A DNA stretch of 63,252 nt, filler included, from Licmophora abbreviata (taxonomy: Eukaryota), in NCBI GenBank assembly GCA_900291995.1. It is 12 parts of 12 records of this genome, joined end to end, with 100 filler letters (N's around TTAATTAATTAA, not from the genome) between each part and the next. Parts side by side here need not be neighbours in the genome. Positions count along the whole stretch, not along the records: positions 40,105 to 57,944 come from OLMU01001647.1; positions 58,045 to 60,122 come from OLMU01001650.1; 10 more parts are not named here. One strand, given 5' to 3'. Position numbers and translations under genes: made by a program. The notes beneath the pieces were generated by a model, which was given only the letters and a program-made list of their open reading frames with translations, ran no database searches and was not told where the DNA came from. Shown one piece after another: positions 47,364-58,173 of this stretch; within the stretch, counting starts at the first letter, position 1; every line of letters begins with the position of its first letter.

Positions 47364-50300
47364 CTAGAAGAAAGAACTGACGATACTGCCGTTCTCCGAT
47401 CCCCGTCGCTTCTTTCTGGTCTTGCTCTTGACCTTTTCATCCTTGTTGAACTTGCGAAAATTCTCCTTTGCCCGTTCTATTATTTTCGTTGCATCCTCCA
47501 ACGTTCCAGATCCGTCTGGTGTCTCTGACACAAATACCGCAGGGCTTTCCATTTGCTTGCGATGCAATTGTCGACTCATCGACTCGGCTGCCTGGCGTAG
47601 CTCATCCACAGCGCGCAGTGAGTTTCCAAACGACTCAAGTTCCTTCTTGGCGCGATCTCTTTCTTCCTGGAGCTCTTCCTCGAGTTTGCGAATAGACTTG
47701 CCAGACTGCTCCACTTCGCTTCGCAATAGCTCATTGACAGATTTCAGGGATGCAACTTCTTTCCGTAGCTTCGGTTCGTCACAAGCGTCGTCACCGTCAA
47801 ACATGCGCCCAAAGAAACCCTTCCGTTTCGTCTTGTAGCACTGCTGGGAGTCGTAGGGCTGTCGAAGATCAGTGAGCTCATCTTGAAGCTCTTCGACCTC
47901 TTCGGCTTCCGGTGAATCGCTGGCCTGGCTCTGATCTTCAATTAGCTGTTCAAGCTGCTGTCGTAATCGTTCGATTTCACGGTCCTTTTCTATTCCCGCA
48001 TCTGCTAGTCGTCGCAGTTCCTCGTAACGATGAGCAAGGCCTTCATGAGATTCGTCGGTGTCGTCTTGCCGTCCATTTACAATATGTTCATCGAGTTCCC
48101 TGTCGACTTCGTCTTGGAGAGTGAGAATTTCCTCTGCCGCCGGGCTCTGGGTCATCTCTCTTTTGTTCGGTGCCTCTTTGTGATGTTCAGGGGTATGCTC
48201 TGCTTCGCGTCTCTTAGCTTCTTCGAGTTCAAACGTAAGCTTATGGATCTGCTTGGTGGTTGCCACCTTGTCCAGCTCCGCCGCCTGACTGAGTTCCGCA
48301 ATCTGGTTGTCCATTTGCTCCAAGTTGCGCTCTTTCTCATTTTCCAAACGTGTGTTTGTTCCTCTCGTGTTGTTGAGTTCGATATTAAAGGCTTGTACCT
48401 CTTGCGTGAGCTTATCTTGACTCAGACGGCTCTCTCGCACTGCATCCAGCATGTCGCTTCTAGTCAGCTGCAGCTCTTGATCGCGCTCCGAAAGTGTTAC
48501 TTCGATCTCTCGGTGCTTCTGCTCGAGCTTAAAAATAGTGAGCGACGCCTGTTCGAGCTTCGTCGACATTTCCTGAATCGTGTCTTCTTTGGTGTGCATG
48601 GCGGATTCAAGCTCCAGTCGAAGCTTGCGATTTTCGGATGCCACTCGTTCAGCTTCAGCCTGCCTCTGCGTAGACTGTTCTTGTGCGTCGTTCAAGGCCC
48701 GTCGGGTGGCTTCCAAGTCTTTTGACAGAACGTCGCGTTCAGATTCGAGAGTCACGTCATTGGGCTCTGCTTCGTGATTGGTCAACGCCAACGCGAGCAT
48801 TTCAATCTCCTTAGCTTGATGAGAAACTTTTATCGACAAAGCGCTCGCCTCTTCATGTGACTCACTCAAGCTGCGCTGTGTCTTCTCCAGGGCAGCGGTA
48901 GTATCGGCGAGCTCAATACGTGCTGTTTCCGTGTCAATCCTGGACTGTGTCGTCAACTTATGAGCTTCCGCTTCTCTCGCTTTAGCTTCCGCCAATTCAT
49001 TCTGGATGGCGTCAATCGTACTGACGAGCTCATCAATACGAAGTTGAAATTGACCTAGCTCAGATTCCCTTTCAGCAATAGCTTTCGTCATGCTTTCTTG
49101 TGAAGTTGCTTTGTCAAGAGCATCTTCGAGGCGCCTCCGTAGCTCGTCATTCTCGTTGCGCAAACCATCTCGTTGAGACACGGCCGCCTGCAAGTCGCGA
49201 GCACCGAGTCGCAGCTTTTTCAACTCGATCCTCGATCTCCAACACCGAACGGCTCGCTGTACAGTTTTTGAAGCGGCCCGCTGTGAGAGAAAGACGAAGT
49301 GAAACCTATGCATTCTCCAGTTTGTCTGGACCACGACCACCTTTCGTTCAGTATCGAGCTCCCGGTAGCGACGGCGTCCAGCACGCCCCCTCACAACTCG
49401 CTGAAGCCACCTGGCGAAAAAACAGACAGATTCGAACCTCGCTTCTACCGTCGATCGTCGCCATGCCGACTGAATCAAGGTAGCCCGGAAGTTCCGTCGG
49501 AGTACCGTTACCTGATAACAGGCAAGCCGCACCCTCAGGAAGCATTGTATCATAACAACCAACTCGAGCATAGCAACGTACTCCCTTCGGGCCACATAAT
49601 GACGGGCTGCTGCCTGAATTGTAACCACAGAGTCAACTAGCTTGCTTCCCCGGAGCTTCTCAATTGTGTCATAGGCCCCCTGTCGAAGAAAAACTTTCGT
49701 TTTCCCGACTTCGATCCCGATTGACGACAAAGTCATTGGGTCATCTTCTTCACATGTAGTTTCTTCGTCGCATTGGCGATTCTCTATCTCCAAAGTGTTC
49801 AGATGCTGCAACCGTATCACCAGTGCTCGAACAAGCACGACAATCGGCTTCTCTTTTCTCGATGAGCGCGCCGCTTGCTTAAGTTCGACAAGACAGATCA
49901 TTTTATAACGATTCATGAAAGCAGTGTGACTATATCGCTGAGGATACCCAACGCGAGAAACTCGAACGGCCTCTATGACTCCAGCGTATCGGAGCTGGTT
50001 GGCAATTATCAAAGGGTTGAAGTGGTCGGGAACGAGAAGGTCGTTTGGCTTCAGGCAGCGTATGTAATGTGGCGTTGTAGTGTCAATTCGGTTTCGCAGC
50101 TCCTGAAGCTGTCGACTGAACTGACCCCCAACCGTCACGCGAGTGCTAGACAAGCCCCCGCGCTTCAGACCAGGCGACATTCCTCTCGGGGATGGTGCTG
50201 TAGTGGGACTCGGGTTTTGGAGAATTGCGGAGAGTTTCTTGACGATCTCCTTCTCAGAGGACAAGAGTAAATCCGTTGCCTCTTTAGGAAGCTCGTCGCG

Positions 50301-52307
50301 ATTCTTCTCAACGAATCCCTCTGTGTCGTACTCCACGGGACCGGCATAGTGTTTGATGCCAAATTTCTGAGCTCCGACCTGTCGATAGTCGGCTTCAAAA
50401 TGAGAATGCTCAGAGCACTTTCGATACAAGTCGATACAGAAAGTCTTGTCAGTGGTCCCCGGTGCTCGACACTGATCATCGAGAATATTTAGTATCCCCG
50501 ACCCCTTCTTGTCGATCAAGTCCAACACATCCTGATTCTCCGGGAACGAGATGAACTTCCACTCGATACCTTCACGTTCGTACTCTTCCTGTTCCTTCTG
50601 CAAGACAAAGCGAGTAAACTGCTGTTGCAAGGCTTCGTTGCAGTAGTTGATGCATAGTTGTTCGAATGAGTTCGTCTTGAAACTCTCAAAGCCAAAAATA
50701 TCCAATACGGCAATCTTTGCTTGGCCGGCTTTTGCAGAAGAGCCTCGCCGACTCCGCCCTCCATCGTTCTTGACTGTGATGGACTCGTTGATACGCTTCA
50801 CCAGAAATGTAAAAAGTGCGCTGTATGTCGCCTTGATGATAGCTTCCAATCCTTTCTCAGCCTTGACCTTAGGGAGAGTCCGGGTGTGTACCTCCTTGCC
50901 TGCCTTGATATTGAGGTAGCACAGGGCCTTGTTAAGTGCCCCTGCACTCAGACCCATGAGCTTCAGAAATGGTTGCAGATGTTCATTGTCTGCATCAAGC
51001 GCCGATTCATCGGCACTCTTGGCTACAAACGTCAAGTTTGACCCATGCAGTGTCGCACAGGGAATTACCAGAACATCGCGTTGCTCGTCTTGGCTCATAC
51101 CCATCGTCTCCATGGCCCGTCTCAGCTCATCGTAAGTATCGTAGTCATCCACTCCGTCTCGTCGATCGTACGTTCCTGACTGATTTATCATGCGAAAATC
51201 GTCAAACTGATATCCATCGAGTCCATACGACTCGCGATCTCCATCGGTCATGCAAAATACTTCGTAAAAGATATGAAAGTTGCGTTCGCCTTCGGACTGG
51301 GAAATGAGTCGCACCTTCTCCAGCAGATAGGTTTCAATGGACGCGCCGACCAATGTTCCAGTCTGGGCGAATTGAATCTCAATGAACTTTCCAAACCGAC
51401 TTGAGTTGTCGTTACGAATAGTTCGGGCGTTGCCAAAGCTCTCAAGTATCGGATTCGACTGCAACACTTGCTGTTCAATATTGTAATCGGCAGATGTATC
51501 AGCGCTGGCATCGGTACTATCGAGAGTCGATGGCGAAGACGAGTGGGTTCTCTGTGACAGAGCCGCCAAGTACTGCATGATGAACTTGGTGGTGACCGTC
51601 TTCCCGGCACCGCTTTCTCCCGATACAAGAATGGACTGGTCACAGGACGACTTGCGACTGCTGGCACGTCGATCCTCGGTCTGACGCGCCAATCGTCGCG
51701 TCATGGTTCGAAATGACTCATCGGCTGTCGCATAGACATGAGGAGGCAGTACCTGAAGATCACCAGTAGCGCCCATCGTGCTTGCTTCTCCTCTCTTCCA
51801 GTACTGCTGCATGACTTTTCGAGAGTACAGTGACTTGCAATGTTTGAAAGGATTTAGGGCCAAGAGAATACTGCCCGTGTTGGTGTAAATCTTGTCCATC
51901 AAGTATCGCTCTCTCAAACAGTGCACTACCGCTGGCTCATGTAGATGCGTGAGAACAATCATGTCATCTGGGTACTGCACTGGATCTTCTTCATAGTTGT
52001 CGTGATCTCCAAACTTGTTTGCCATGACGACTTGTTCAAGCTCCCAAGCGTTCGTTGGTAGCGTAACATTCCGACCATGCCACGTGCTCTCCTCATCACG
52101 AATTCCAATTTCCATCACCTCTGCTTGACTGTCAGTACTTAACACCACGCCATAGGCCCATCCCCAGTCGACGGGTCCCATGCAATCGTCGTAGTCTTCG
52201 TCGCGCGACCGGTGAGAGCGTGCGGTGCGAATGGTCGATGCCGCATCGCCGTTGGTTGAGTCCAGGAGCTCTGTCTTGACCCATACATGCGAGGGATCTG
52301 CAGACAT
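47364..52307 (-). CDS. Myosin heavy chain (motor + multiple IQ motifs + long coiled-coil tail)
   Basis: GESGAGKT P-loop, LESFGNARTIRNDNSSRFGKF, LDIFGFE, FEQLCINYCNE, PHYIRCLKPN, IQxxxR repeats, heptad-rich tail; intronless. Confidence 0.97.
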   Translation of the reverse strand: MSADPSHVWVKTELLDSTNGDAASTIRTARSHRSRDEDYDDCMGPVDWGWAYGVVLSTDSQAEVMEIGIRDEESTWHGRNVTLPTNAWELEQVVMANKFGDHDNYEEDPVQYPDDMIVLTHLHEPAVVHCLRERYLMDKIYTNTGSILLALNPFKHCKSLYSRKVMQQYWKRGEASTMGATGDLQVLPPHVYATADESFRTMTRRLARQTEDRRASSRKSSCDQSILVSGESGAGKTVTTKFIMQYLAALSQRTHSSSPSTLDSTDASADTSADYNIEQQVLQSNPILESFGNARTIRNDNSSRFGKFIEIQFAQTGTLVGASIETYLLEKVRLISQSEGERNFHIFYEVFCMTDGDRESYGLDGYQFDDFRMINQSGTYDRRDGVDDYDTYDELRRAMETMGMSQDEQRDVLVIPCATLHGSNLTFVAKSADESALDADNEHLQPFLKLMGLSAGALNKALCYLNIKAGKEVHTRTLPKVKAEKGLEAIIKATYSALFTFLVKRINESITVKNDGGRSRRGSSAKAGQAKIAVLDIFGFESFKTNSFEQLCINYCNEALQQQFTRFVLQKEQEEYEREGIEWKFISFPENQDVLDLIDKKGSGILNILDDQCRAPGTTDKTFCIDLYRKCSEHSHFEADYRQVGAQKFGIKHYAGPVEYDTEGFVEKNRDELPKEATDLLLSSEKEIVKKLSAILQNPSPTTAPSPRGMSPGLKRGGLSSTRVTVGGQFSRQLQELRNRIDTTTPHYIRCLKPNDLLVPDHFNPLIIANQLRYAGVIEAVRVSRVGYPQRYSHTAFMNRYKMICLVELKQAARSSRKEKPIVVLVRALVIRLQHLNTLEIENRQCDEETTCEEDDPMTLSSIGIEVGKTKVFLRQGAYDTIEKLRGSKLVDSVVTIQAAARHYVARREYVAMLELVVMIQCFLRVRLACYQVTVLRRNFRATLIQSAWRRSTVEARFESVCFFARWLQRVVRGRAGRRRYRELDTERKVVVVQTNWRMHRFHFVFLSQRAASKTVQRAVRCWRSRIELKKLRLGARDLQAAVSQRDGLRNENDELRRRLEDALDKATSQESMTKAIAERESELGQFQLRIDELVSTIDAIQNELAEAKAREAEAHKLTTQSRIDTETARIELADTTAALEKTQRSLSESHEEASALSIKVSHQAKEIEMLALALTNHEAEPNDVTLESERDVLSKDLEATRRALNDAQEQSTQRQAEAERVASENRKLRLELESAMHTKEDTIQEMSTKLEQASLTIFKLEQKHREIEVTLSERDQELQLTRSDMLDAVRESRLSQDKLTQEVQAFNIELNNTRGTNTRLENEKERNLEQMDNQIAELSQAAELDKVATTKQIHKLTFELEEAKRREAEHTPEHHKEAPNKREMTQSPAAEEILTLQDEVDRELDEHIVNGRQDDTDESHEGLAHRYEELRRLADAGIEKDREIERLRQQLEQLIEDQSQASDSPEAEEVEELQDELTDLRQPYDSQQCYKTKRKGFFGRMFDGDDACDEPKLRKEVASLKSVNELLRSEVEQSGKSIRKLEEELQEERDRAKKELESFGNSLRAVDELRQAAESMSRQLHRKQMESPAVFVSETPDGSGTLEDATKIIERAKENFRKFNKDEKVKSKTRKKRRGSENGSIVSSFF

Positions 52308-52690
52308 GGTCGAAGGGGGAAGTAAACGAAGAGCCGAAGGAGGGATATTTCGATACAGGTACACCTGTCGTCTCAAAGTTGGTCTGTTGTCATGTTGCAT
52401 GTGAGAATTGAGGCATTCTGAATTTGAGAAATATCATGACAGGCCCGATCGATAAATCTGTAGACAAGGAAGGTCATAATGGAGCTCGATGAGTATCCAA
52501 AGAGCTCGTGAAGCATTTTCAGTTTCTTCAGTTCCACATTTCACATTTCGAGATGCTGTCGCCTGTCGCGACCGTCTGGAGCATGGCTTTATCACTTATC
52601 ACTGCTTGCCCGCTATGTCTGCTCTCGTATCACGCGTGAGTTCATTCAAAGCAGCTCGAAAGCACTGATTGAAGAGTGACTCAGAGTGCA

Positions 52691-54085
52691 ATGGTATCGA
52701 CATCTCCTCGACACAATCGTCGTCGTCGCGGTCGACCATCGCGCACCTCGGCTCAATTTCATTCGGCCGGTGGTGAAGTACCGATATCACTTCGAGACTG
52801 GATGATTCCCGTCATTGGAATCGCCTTGGGCTGGTTCATCGTCGCTGCTCTGTTTCTGCATACTGTCTTGGAAGATCTTGGATATCATACTGCTCCGGAA
52901 GCTAGTTTGGATCGAGCAAACAAAGATCTCGCAGACTGGGAAATTCAGTACGTTGTCTGGCAAGAAGAGAGACTGAAACCGACGCGAGAGTTTCTACTCA
53001 AAGAAAACTACGAACAAACGTACCCTGCTGCCGATACAGAGAGAATACGAGGCTTTGTCGAGGGCCTGCGGGAGGATACACCGCAGACGCATGCAAGTCT
53101 GCCTTACGACATTCACAATTGTCCCGTGACACCACCAGACGAATATCCAGTGGCTTGGAGTGTCCAAGACGTACTGCACCACTGGAATCCAAACGTCACG
53201 GCGATACCAGCCGACTTTGTCTATCAATCGCTCTGCATATTTGACTACGAACGCGATTTTGACAAAGCGCTCGCCTATCGACTGGACGAAGTGCCATTTG
53301 TTGTTCAAAACACGCCCGTTCTGTGGGAAACGGCGGAGCGATGGAATCGCAATGAATCCTATCTACTTGAATTACTCGGAGATCAACCATTCAAGACAGA
53401 ACACGCGCATAATCCACATTTCATGTACTGGAAGCTAAGAAGAGGAAAGCAGGCACCACCCGGCTGGAAGGAACCGACGGAAATCACAAAACTATCCTAT
53501 CCTGAGTGGCTAAGGAATGCGAAAAAATACGAGTCAATCTTGAAAACGCCGATGGACATTCCAAAAGAACTCTGGTACTTTCGACTCAATGCCGCTCTGC
53601 ATCAAAAGCAATCCTTCCTGTACGACGAATTGCCGTTGTTCAATCCGTTGCGGCGCGACAAAGACGGAGTCTTCTTCATGGTGGAGCCGGATGAAGAACG
53701 AGGCATCAATTGTCGCTTTGGTATGAAGGGGATCATGGCCGAAGCGCATTTTGATGGATCTCGCAATTTTATTGCTGTACTGGGAGGTCAGCGTCGATAC
53801 ATTTTGGCCCATCCGGATCAGTGTGAACACATGGAACTCTATGACATGGAGCATCCCAGTGGACGTCACTCGTCGGTCGACTGGACGCAGCCTATTGACG
53901 ATCCAAATCGCCCGTTTGCCAAGGCTCGTGTGCATGAAGTCGTATTGCAGGCGGGGGACGTGTTGTATCTACCGACACATTTTATCCATTTCATTGTCAA
54001 TCTGAATCGGAACTTCCAGTGCAATGCACGAAGTGGCATAGCGGACGACTATCTTGAGTACATTGAAGAATGCGGATTCGCGTAG
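52691..54085 (+). CDS. Type-II membrane JmjC/Cupin_8 Fe(II)/2-oxoglutarate oxygenase, paralog 1
   Basis: Basic N-terminal tail, TM segment (MIPVIGIALGWFIVAALFL), facial triad AHFDGSRNF...LQAGDVLYLPTHFIHFI; intronless. Confidence 0.88.
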   Translation: MVSTSPRHNRRRRGRPSRTSAQFHSAGGEVPISLRDWMIPVIGIALGWFIVAALFLHTVLEDLGYHTAPEASLDRANKDLADWEIQYVVWQEERLKPTREFLLKENYEQTYPAADTERIRGFVEGLREDTPQTHASLPYDIHNCPVTPPDEYPVAWSVQDVLHHWNPNVTAIPADFVYQSLCIFDYERDFDKALAYRLDEVPFVVQNTPVLWETAERWNRNESYLLELLGDQPFKTEHAHNPHFMYWKLRRGKQAPPGWKEPTEITKLSYPEWLRNAKKYESILKTPMDIPKELWYFRLNAALHQKQSFLYDELPLFNPLRRDKDGVFFMVEPDEERGINCRFGMKGIMAEAHFDGSRNFIAVLGGQRRYILAHPDQCEHMELYDMEHPSGRHSSVDWTQPIDDPNRPFAKARVHEVVLQAGDVLYLPTHFIHFIVNLNRNFQCNARSGIADDYLEYIEECGFA

Positions 54086-54411
54086 CGACGTCCTGGATCT
54101 ACATATTAGGAGCGATATTGTGGTCAAATCGTACGAACTACATGATTCCTCTTGGAGTTTTGGCATGTGTATTGATTGCTCGTCCGATTGACTGGAAAGC
54201 GTCTCGTTTTGGGGGCGCGCCAGACTAAAAATGAAAGATGGGTTGAGTGAGTCAAGTCGATGCCTGACTGCAGCAAATATCGCAAGGCCAATGAGCGCTT
54301 CTTCACAAGCCACCCTCTCAAATGCCATCGATTCGCTCACAGCACTAATCTTTTCAAATACAGCTCAGCGCAAAGTATACGATATCGTTTCTGGAGAGCC
54401 CACAGGCATTT

Positions 54412-55656
54412 CTATAGCCTCATCGTTTCCTCCGACGTAGGCGAGTTGGCCGCCACATGCTCTTGCTCGAGCATAGTCAACGCCCACTCAGGTACCTCCA
54501 TGCCAAGCGTGACGTAGTCCAACGCCGTATACTCCAACACCCGTCGAACCGTTCTAGCAGTGTAATACTCGAGCACATGAGCTGGCGCCTGCGTCTCGGT
54601 TCCTGTGTTGCCCTCTTGGATCGATGTTCCCTTGTTGGTCTGCTCCCAACGAGTCTTGAACACCTTCTGAACGACATTTCGCATCCTTCCTGCTTTGCTA
54701 CTGTCCTTGTCAGCCAACAAAGTTATGTTGTCCAAATAGGAAAAGAATTCCGAGTCCATCTTGCCCACAAAGTCGTACGTATCGATAGTACGGAAGAGGC
54801 CGTCACAGTAAAACGACTGTGGATAAAAGTGTAGATCCCAGTGCAGGGGTGCAACGTCGGCGTAGGCAGAGAATCGGTCCCTTTGCGTCATTCCTTTTAT
54901 CAAGTGATTCTGATCGGTAAAGTCTGAAAATAAAACCGTTGGCTTGCACCATTGCCGGTCGTTCTCGCTGCCTTCGCACTTGTTCAAGTACGCCGATAGG
55001 AAGCGCTCGAGTGGATCCCTTAAGAAGACCATCGTTTTCTTGGAGAGCTTCTCTAATTCTTTCCAGTCATCCCCAAAGCAGTAATCCGATGCAAAGGGAC
55101 AGCAGTCGCGCTCGACGGGATTGTATTGGGCACACCGGGAGCTTCTCAGTTGTGCAAACACTCGACGCCACTGTGTGGTAGCGACTTTCTCAATGGTACA
55201 AAAATGGATCGGAGGATCCCGGGAAGCGAGGCCATGCCAATGTCCAGCGATCGCTGATCTCTCGGCATCACGCAACAGCGTCTCGAACCACCATGGTCTC
55301 GCTGGCAATGCGTCGGCTACAAGCGAAGTATTCCGCTTGCTCCCAGCGTTGTGCTGCTTCTTGACCTGGACGATGGCGCCGATACATTGCATGAGAGACT
55401 GATGAGGAGGGCACGTCTCAAGCATACTGAAAGCTTCCCGGTAGCTCTGTTCAAGGATCGATTCAGCTATTTCTGATCCTGACTTCGGCGAAAGTTCCAC
55501 AGTTTCAGCGCAAGAGACGACATCGAGCAGTGAGCTAGCAAGAGCGTCAGCCGCCTTTTGCTGCTGCAGTACGAAATAGAGAACGAAAAAACCCAATCCG
55601 ATGAGTCCGCATCTTCTCCATCGGGTATCCCTACATGTCTTCGTGGTCGCATTCAT
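54412..55656 (-). CDS. Golgi-type carbohydrate sulfotransferase (Sulfotransfer_2/HNK-1-like family)
   Basis: N-terminal TM segment; 5'-PSB FCTIEKVATTQW; 3'-PB FLRDPLERFLSAY; HFYPQ...C; YDFVG; C-terminal Y..DY. Confidence 0.88.
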   Translation of the reverse strand: MNATTKTCRDTRWRRCGLIGLGFFVLYFVLQQQKAADALASSLLDVVSCAETVELSPKSGSEIAESILEQSYREAFSMLETCPPHQSLMQCIGAIVQVKKQHNAGSKRNTSLVADALPARPWWFETLLRDAERSAIAGHWHGLASRDPPIHFCTIEKVATTQWRRVFAQLRSSRCAQYNPVERDCCPFASDYCFGDDWKELEKLSKKTMVFLRDPLERFLSAYLNKCEGSENDRQWCKPTVLFSDFTDQNHLIKGMTQRDRFSAYADVAPLHWDLHFYPQSFYCDGLFRTIDTYDFVGKMDSEFFSYLDNITLLADKDSSKAGRMRNVVQKVFKTRWEQTNKGTSIQEGNTGTETQAPAHVLEYYTARTVRRVLEYTALDYVTLGMEVPEWALTMLEQEHVAANSPTSEETMRL

Positions 55657-55982
55657 CGTTGACGGCGAAGACGAGAAATGGTACGGTACAGAAGGGTACC
55701 AGGTGGTATTTCGTACTGTGTGACTGCGGGATAGATGCATGTTGGAGTTGAGATTGTCACCGTCATTTTTTGCTGTCTTTCAAAGAGCGAGTACCGCGGT
55801 ACTCATACTTATGAGACAGAGTTAGACGTTCGCATATACGAGTATGTTGTCCCGCTCACACTGCATTCAAGAGCTATTTCGAAGTTTCAACTGAAATAGA
55901 AATAGATCGCTAGTTTTCTTACATCAGGATTCAACAATAAAGTTGCGGTGCTTTGTTCTTCGCACATCTCCCGAATAGTGTG

Positions 55983-57609
55983 TTAAAAGCCACAAGCATG
56001 GATTTCAGGCATGTAGTTCTGAGAGATACCGCTCCTCGTATTGCACTGAAAGTTCACTTCCAAACTGACAATGTAATGAAACCAGTTTGTCGGTAAATAC
56101 AGGACGTCGCCTGCCTGCATGACGACTTCGTTCGCACGCGCTTCTTGGAAGCCTGGAAATTCCTCTAGATCGGGGTTAGACCAGTCAACGGCCGAGTGGC
56201 GAGCGCTCGGATGCCCCTTGGGAAACAAAGAAAGCTTCTCGCACTGGTTAGGGTGCGCCAGAATGTATCGTCGTTCACCACTGAGTAGAGCGATCGAGTT
56301 GCGGGATCCGTCAAAATGGTTTTCTAGTAGGACAAGAGAACATTTCAGTGAGTGCGGAAGTTCACTAAACATAATACCACCAAGTCTCATCGAGCACTTG
56401 CTCTCCCTTACCGGCTATCACGCCCTTCATTCCAAAGCGACAGTGGATTCCTTTTTGTCTGTCTGGTTCCAACACGTATAGACTCCTCTTCGGTTGGAAG
56501 AAGGGAAGCTCGTCGAAAAGATACTCCGAACTGCCCTTGTCACATTCGCCATGTCCCATGTCACCGCATCCTATCAATCGATAGTACCAATGCGGTTGAT
56601 CCGGACCGTACTCGTCAGTCTTCGCATGTTGTTTCCATTCACGATACGGCATGCGCAACATTTCTGTCGGTTCCGCCCACCCCTCGGGTGCTTCAATCCT
56701 GGTGAAACGTGTCTTAGGATCTTTCTTCTTCTTAATATTGGTCCCCGGTTTCATCCAGTACATGAAATGATTGTTGGCCGAATACTCCGTCCGATGAGGT
56801 ACGTCCCCAAGCAGTTGATCCACGTAACCAGGACTATTCCATCTCTCGGCGGCTTTCAATACACGTGGATCGCCCCGTACCACAAAAGGGACCTCCAGGT
56901 CACGATATCGAGTCGCCTTTTCGAGATCCAGCATATAATCAAAGATACAGAGCCCTTGGTAGATTTCGGAGCGGGGCTCTATGTCGTCCGTCGGCCAATC
57001 TTTCAAAATATCCATAATGTTCCATTGGTAAGGGTAGCCCTTCGGCGGCCTATCGGGACAATTGTTGATATCGTACGCCTCATCCGCGTCGTCTTCTGGG
57101 ATAGTGTGCGGCTGGAAAGTATGCTCCTGTAGGTCTTGAACAAAGGCTCGTGTTCGCACTGGGTCATCGGGATGCTCTTCGTCGTAGGCTAGACGCAGGG
57201 CGGCGTATTCGGCACTCTTATCTCCTATAGTATCCATGCTATCCGGGGGGTGATAGAGACCCCTCGAGGAGGCGCTACCGCCGCCGCCGATACTGGTACT
57301 ATTCCAGACACGAAGAGTGACCAGCACGACTGCTATTCCCACGACGAGACCCATACAGCAGACTCCCAGGAGTACCATTGGCTCATTTGTGTAATTTCGC
57401 GCACCAAAGTGAGCCGAGAATCCGGACGACCGGTGCATCCGTCGCCTTCGCTTGGTTGTACGTGGAGGTAGATTAGTGGCGGTCGTTCCTGCCGCCGCAG
57501 CGTCGCCTCCCTTGGGGACCGTCAATTGGGCTGTCATGATGGTCGACGGACTCGCGCCATCCGACTGGCTCTCTGCCACTGTGCCGTGGCCTGGGCGTCG
57601 TTGCATCAT
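55983..57609 (-). CDS. Type-II membrane JmjC/Cupin_8 Fe(II)/2-oxoglutarate oxygenase, paralog 2
   Basis: TM segment MVLLGVCCMGLVVGIAVVLVTL. Intron 56324-56411 joins GVIA-ENHFDGSRN...MQAGDVLYLPTNWFHYI; ends CGF* like paralog 1 (CGFA*). Confidence 0.88.
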
Positions 57610-58173
57610 GTAGTACGACACAAAATAGATCAATGGGATTTCTGAATGTAAGAGAGGGGCACACCCAGCAACAGGAGCGCTCTGCCTAAAACTCAAACAC
57701 CGGCGCCAATGCCATCTTGTGACGCTTGATGAAACTTAAAACTCGAGCTGCTGTGCTTCTTGCTTTGAGCTTGCTCACGAGAGTTCGCATTGATGCGCGC
57801 GTGCATCGTACTGCTGAAAGGGTAGATTCTACGCCCGACAAAGGTCACTCCAATAAATTGACGGAACCCATTCTCTAATTGAAATTGGAAAGACGACCGT
57901 GAAAGAATGCTCCGAGATCCCGTGCGTGATGTGGCGTTTTGTGTNNNNNNNNNNNNNNNNNNNNNNNNNNNNNNNNNNNNNNNNNNNNTTAATTAATTAA
58001 NNNNNNNNNNNNNNNNNNNNNNNNNNNNNNNNNNNNNNNNNNNNTTTTTGATTTCGAAATGAAGAACAGGATTGGTCACGATTCAGCATAGCCCACTTTG
58101 AACGTCTCTGCTACGAACTACCGATCTTCTCACGTTCTTGTCCTCTTCCTCTACCTGAAATGCTCCCTTGTAG

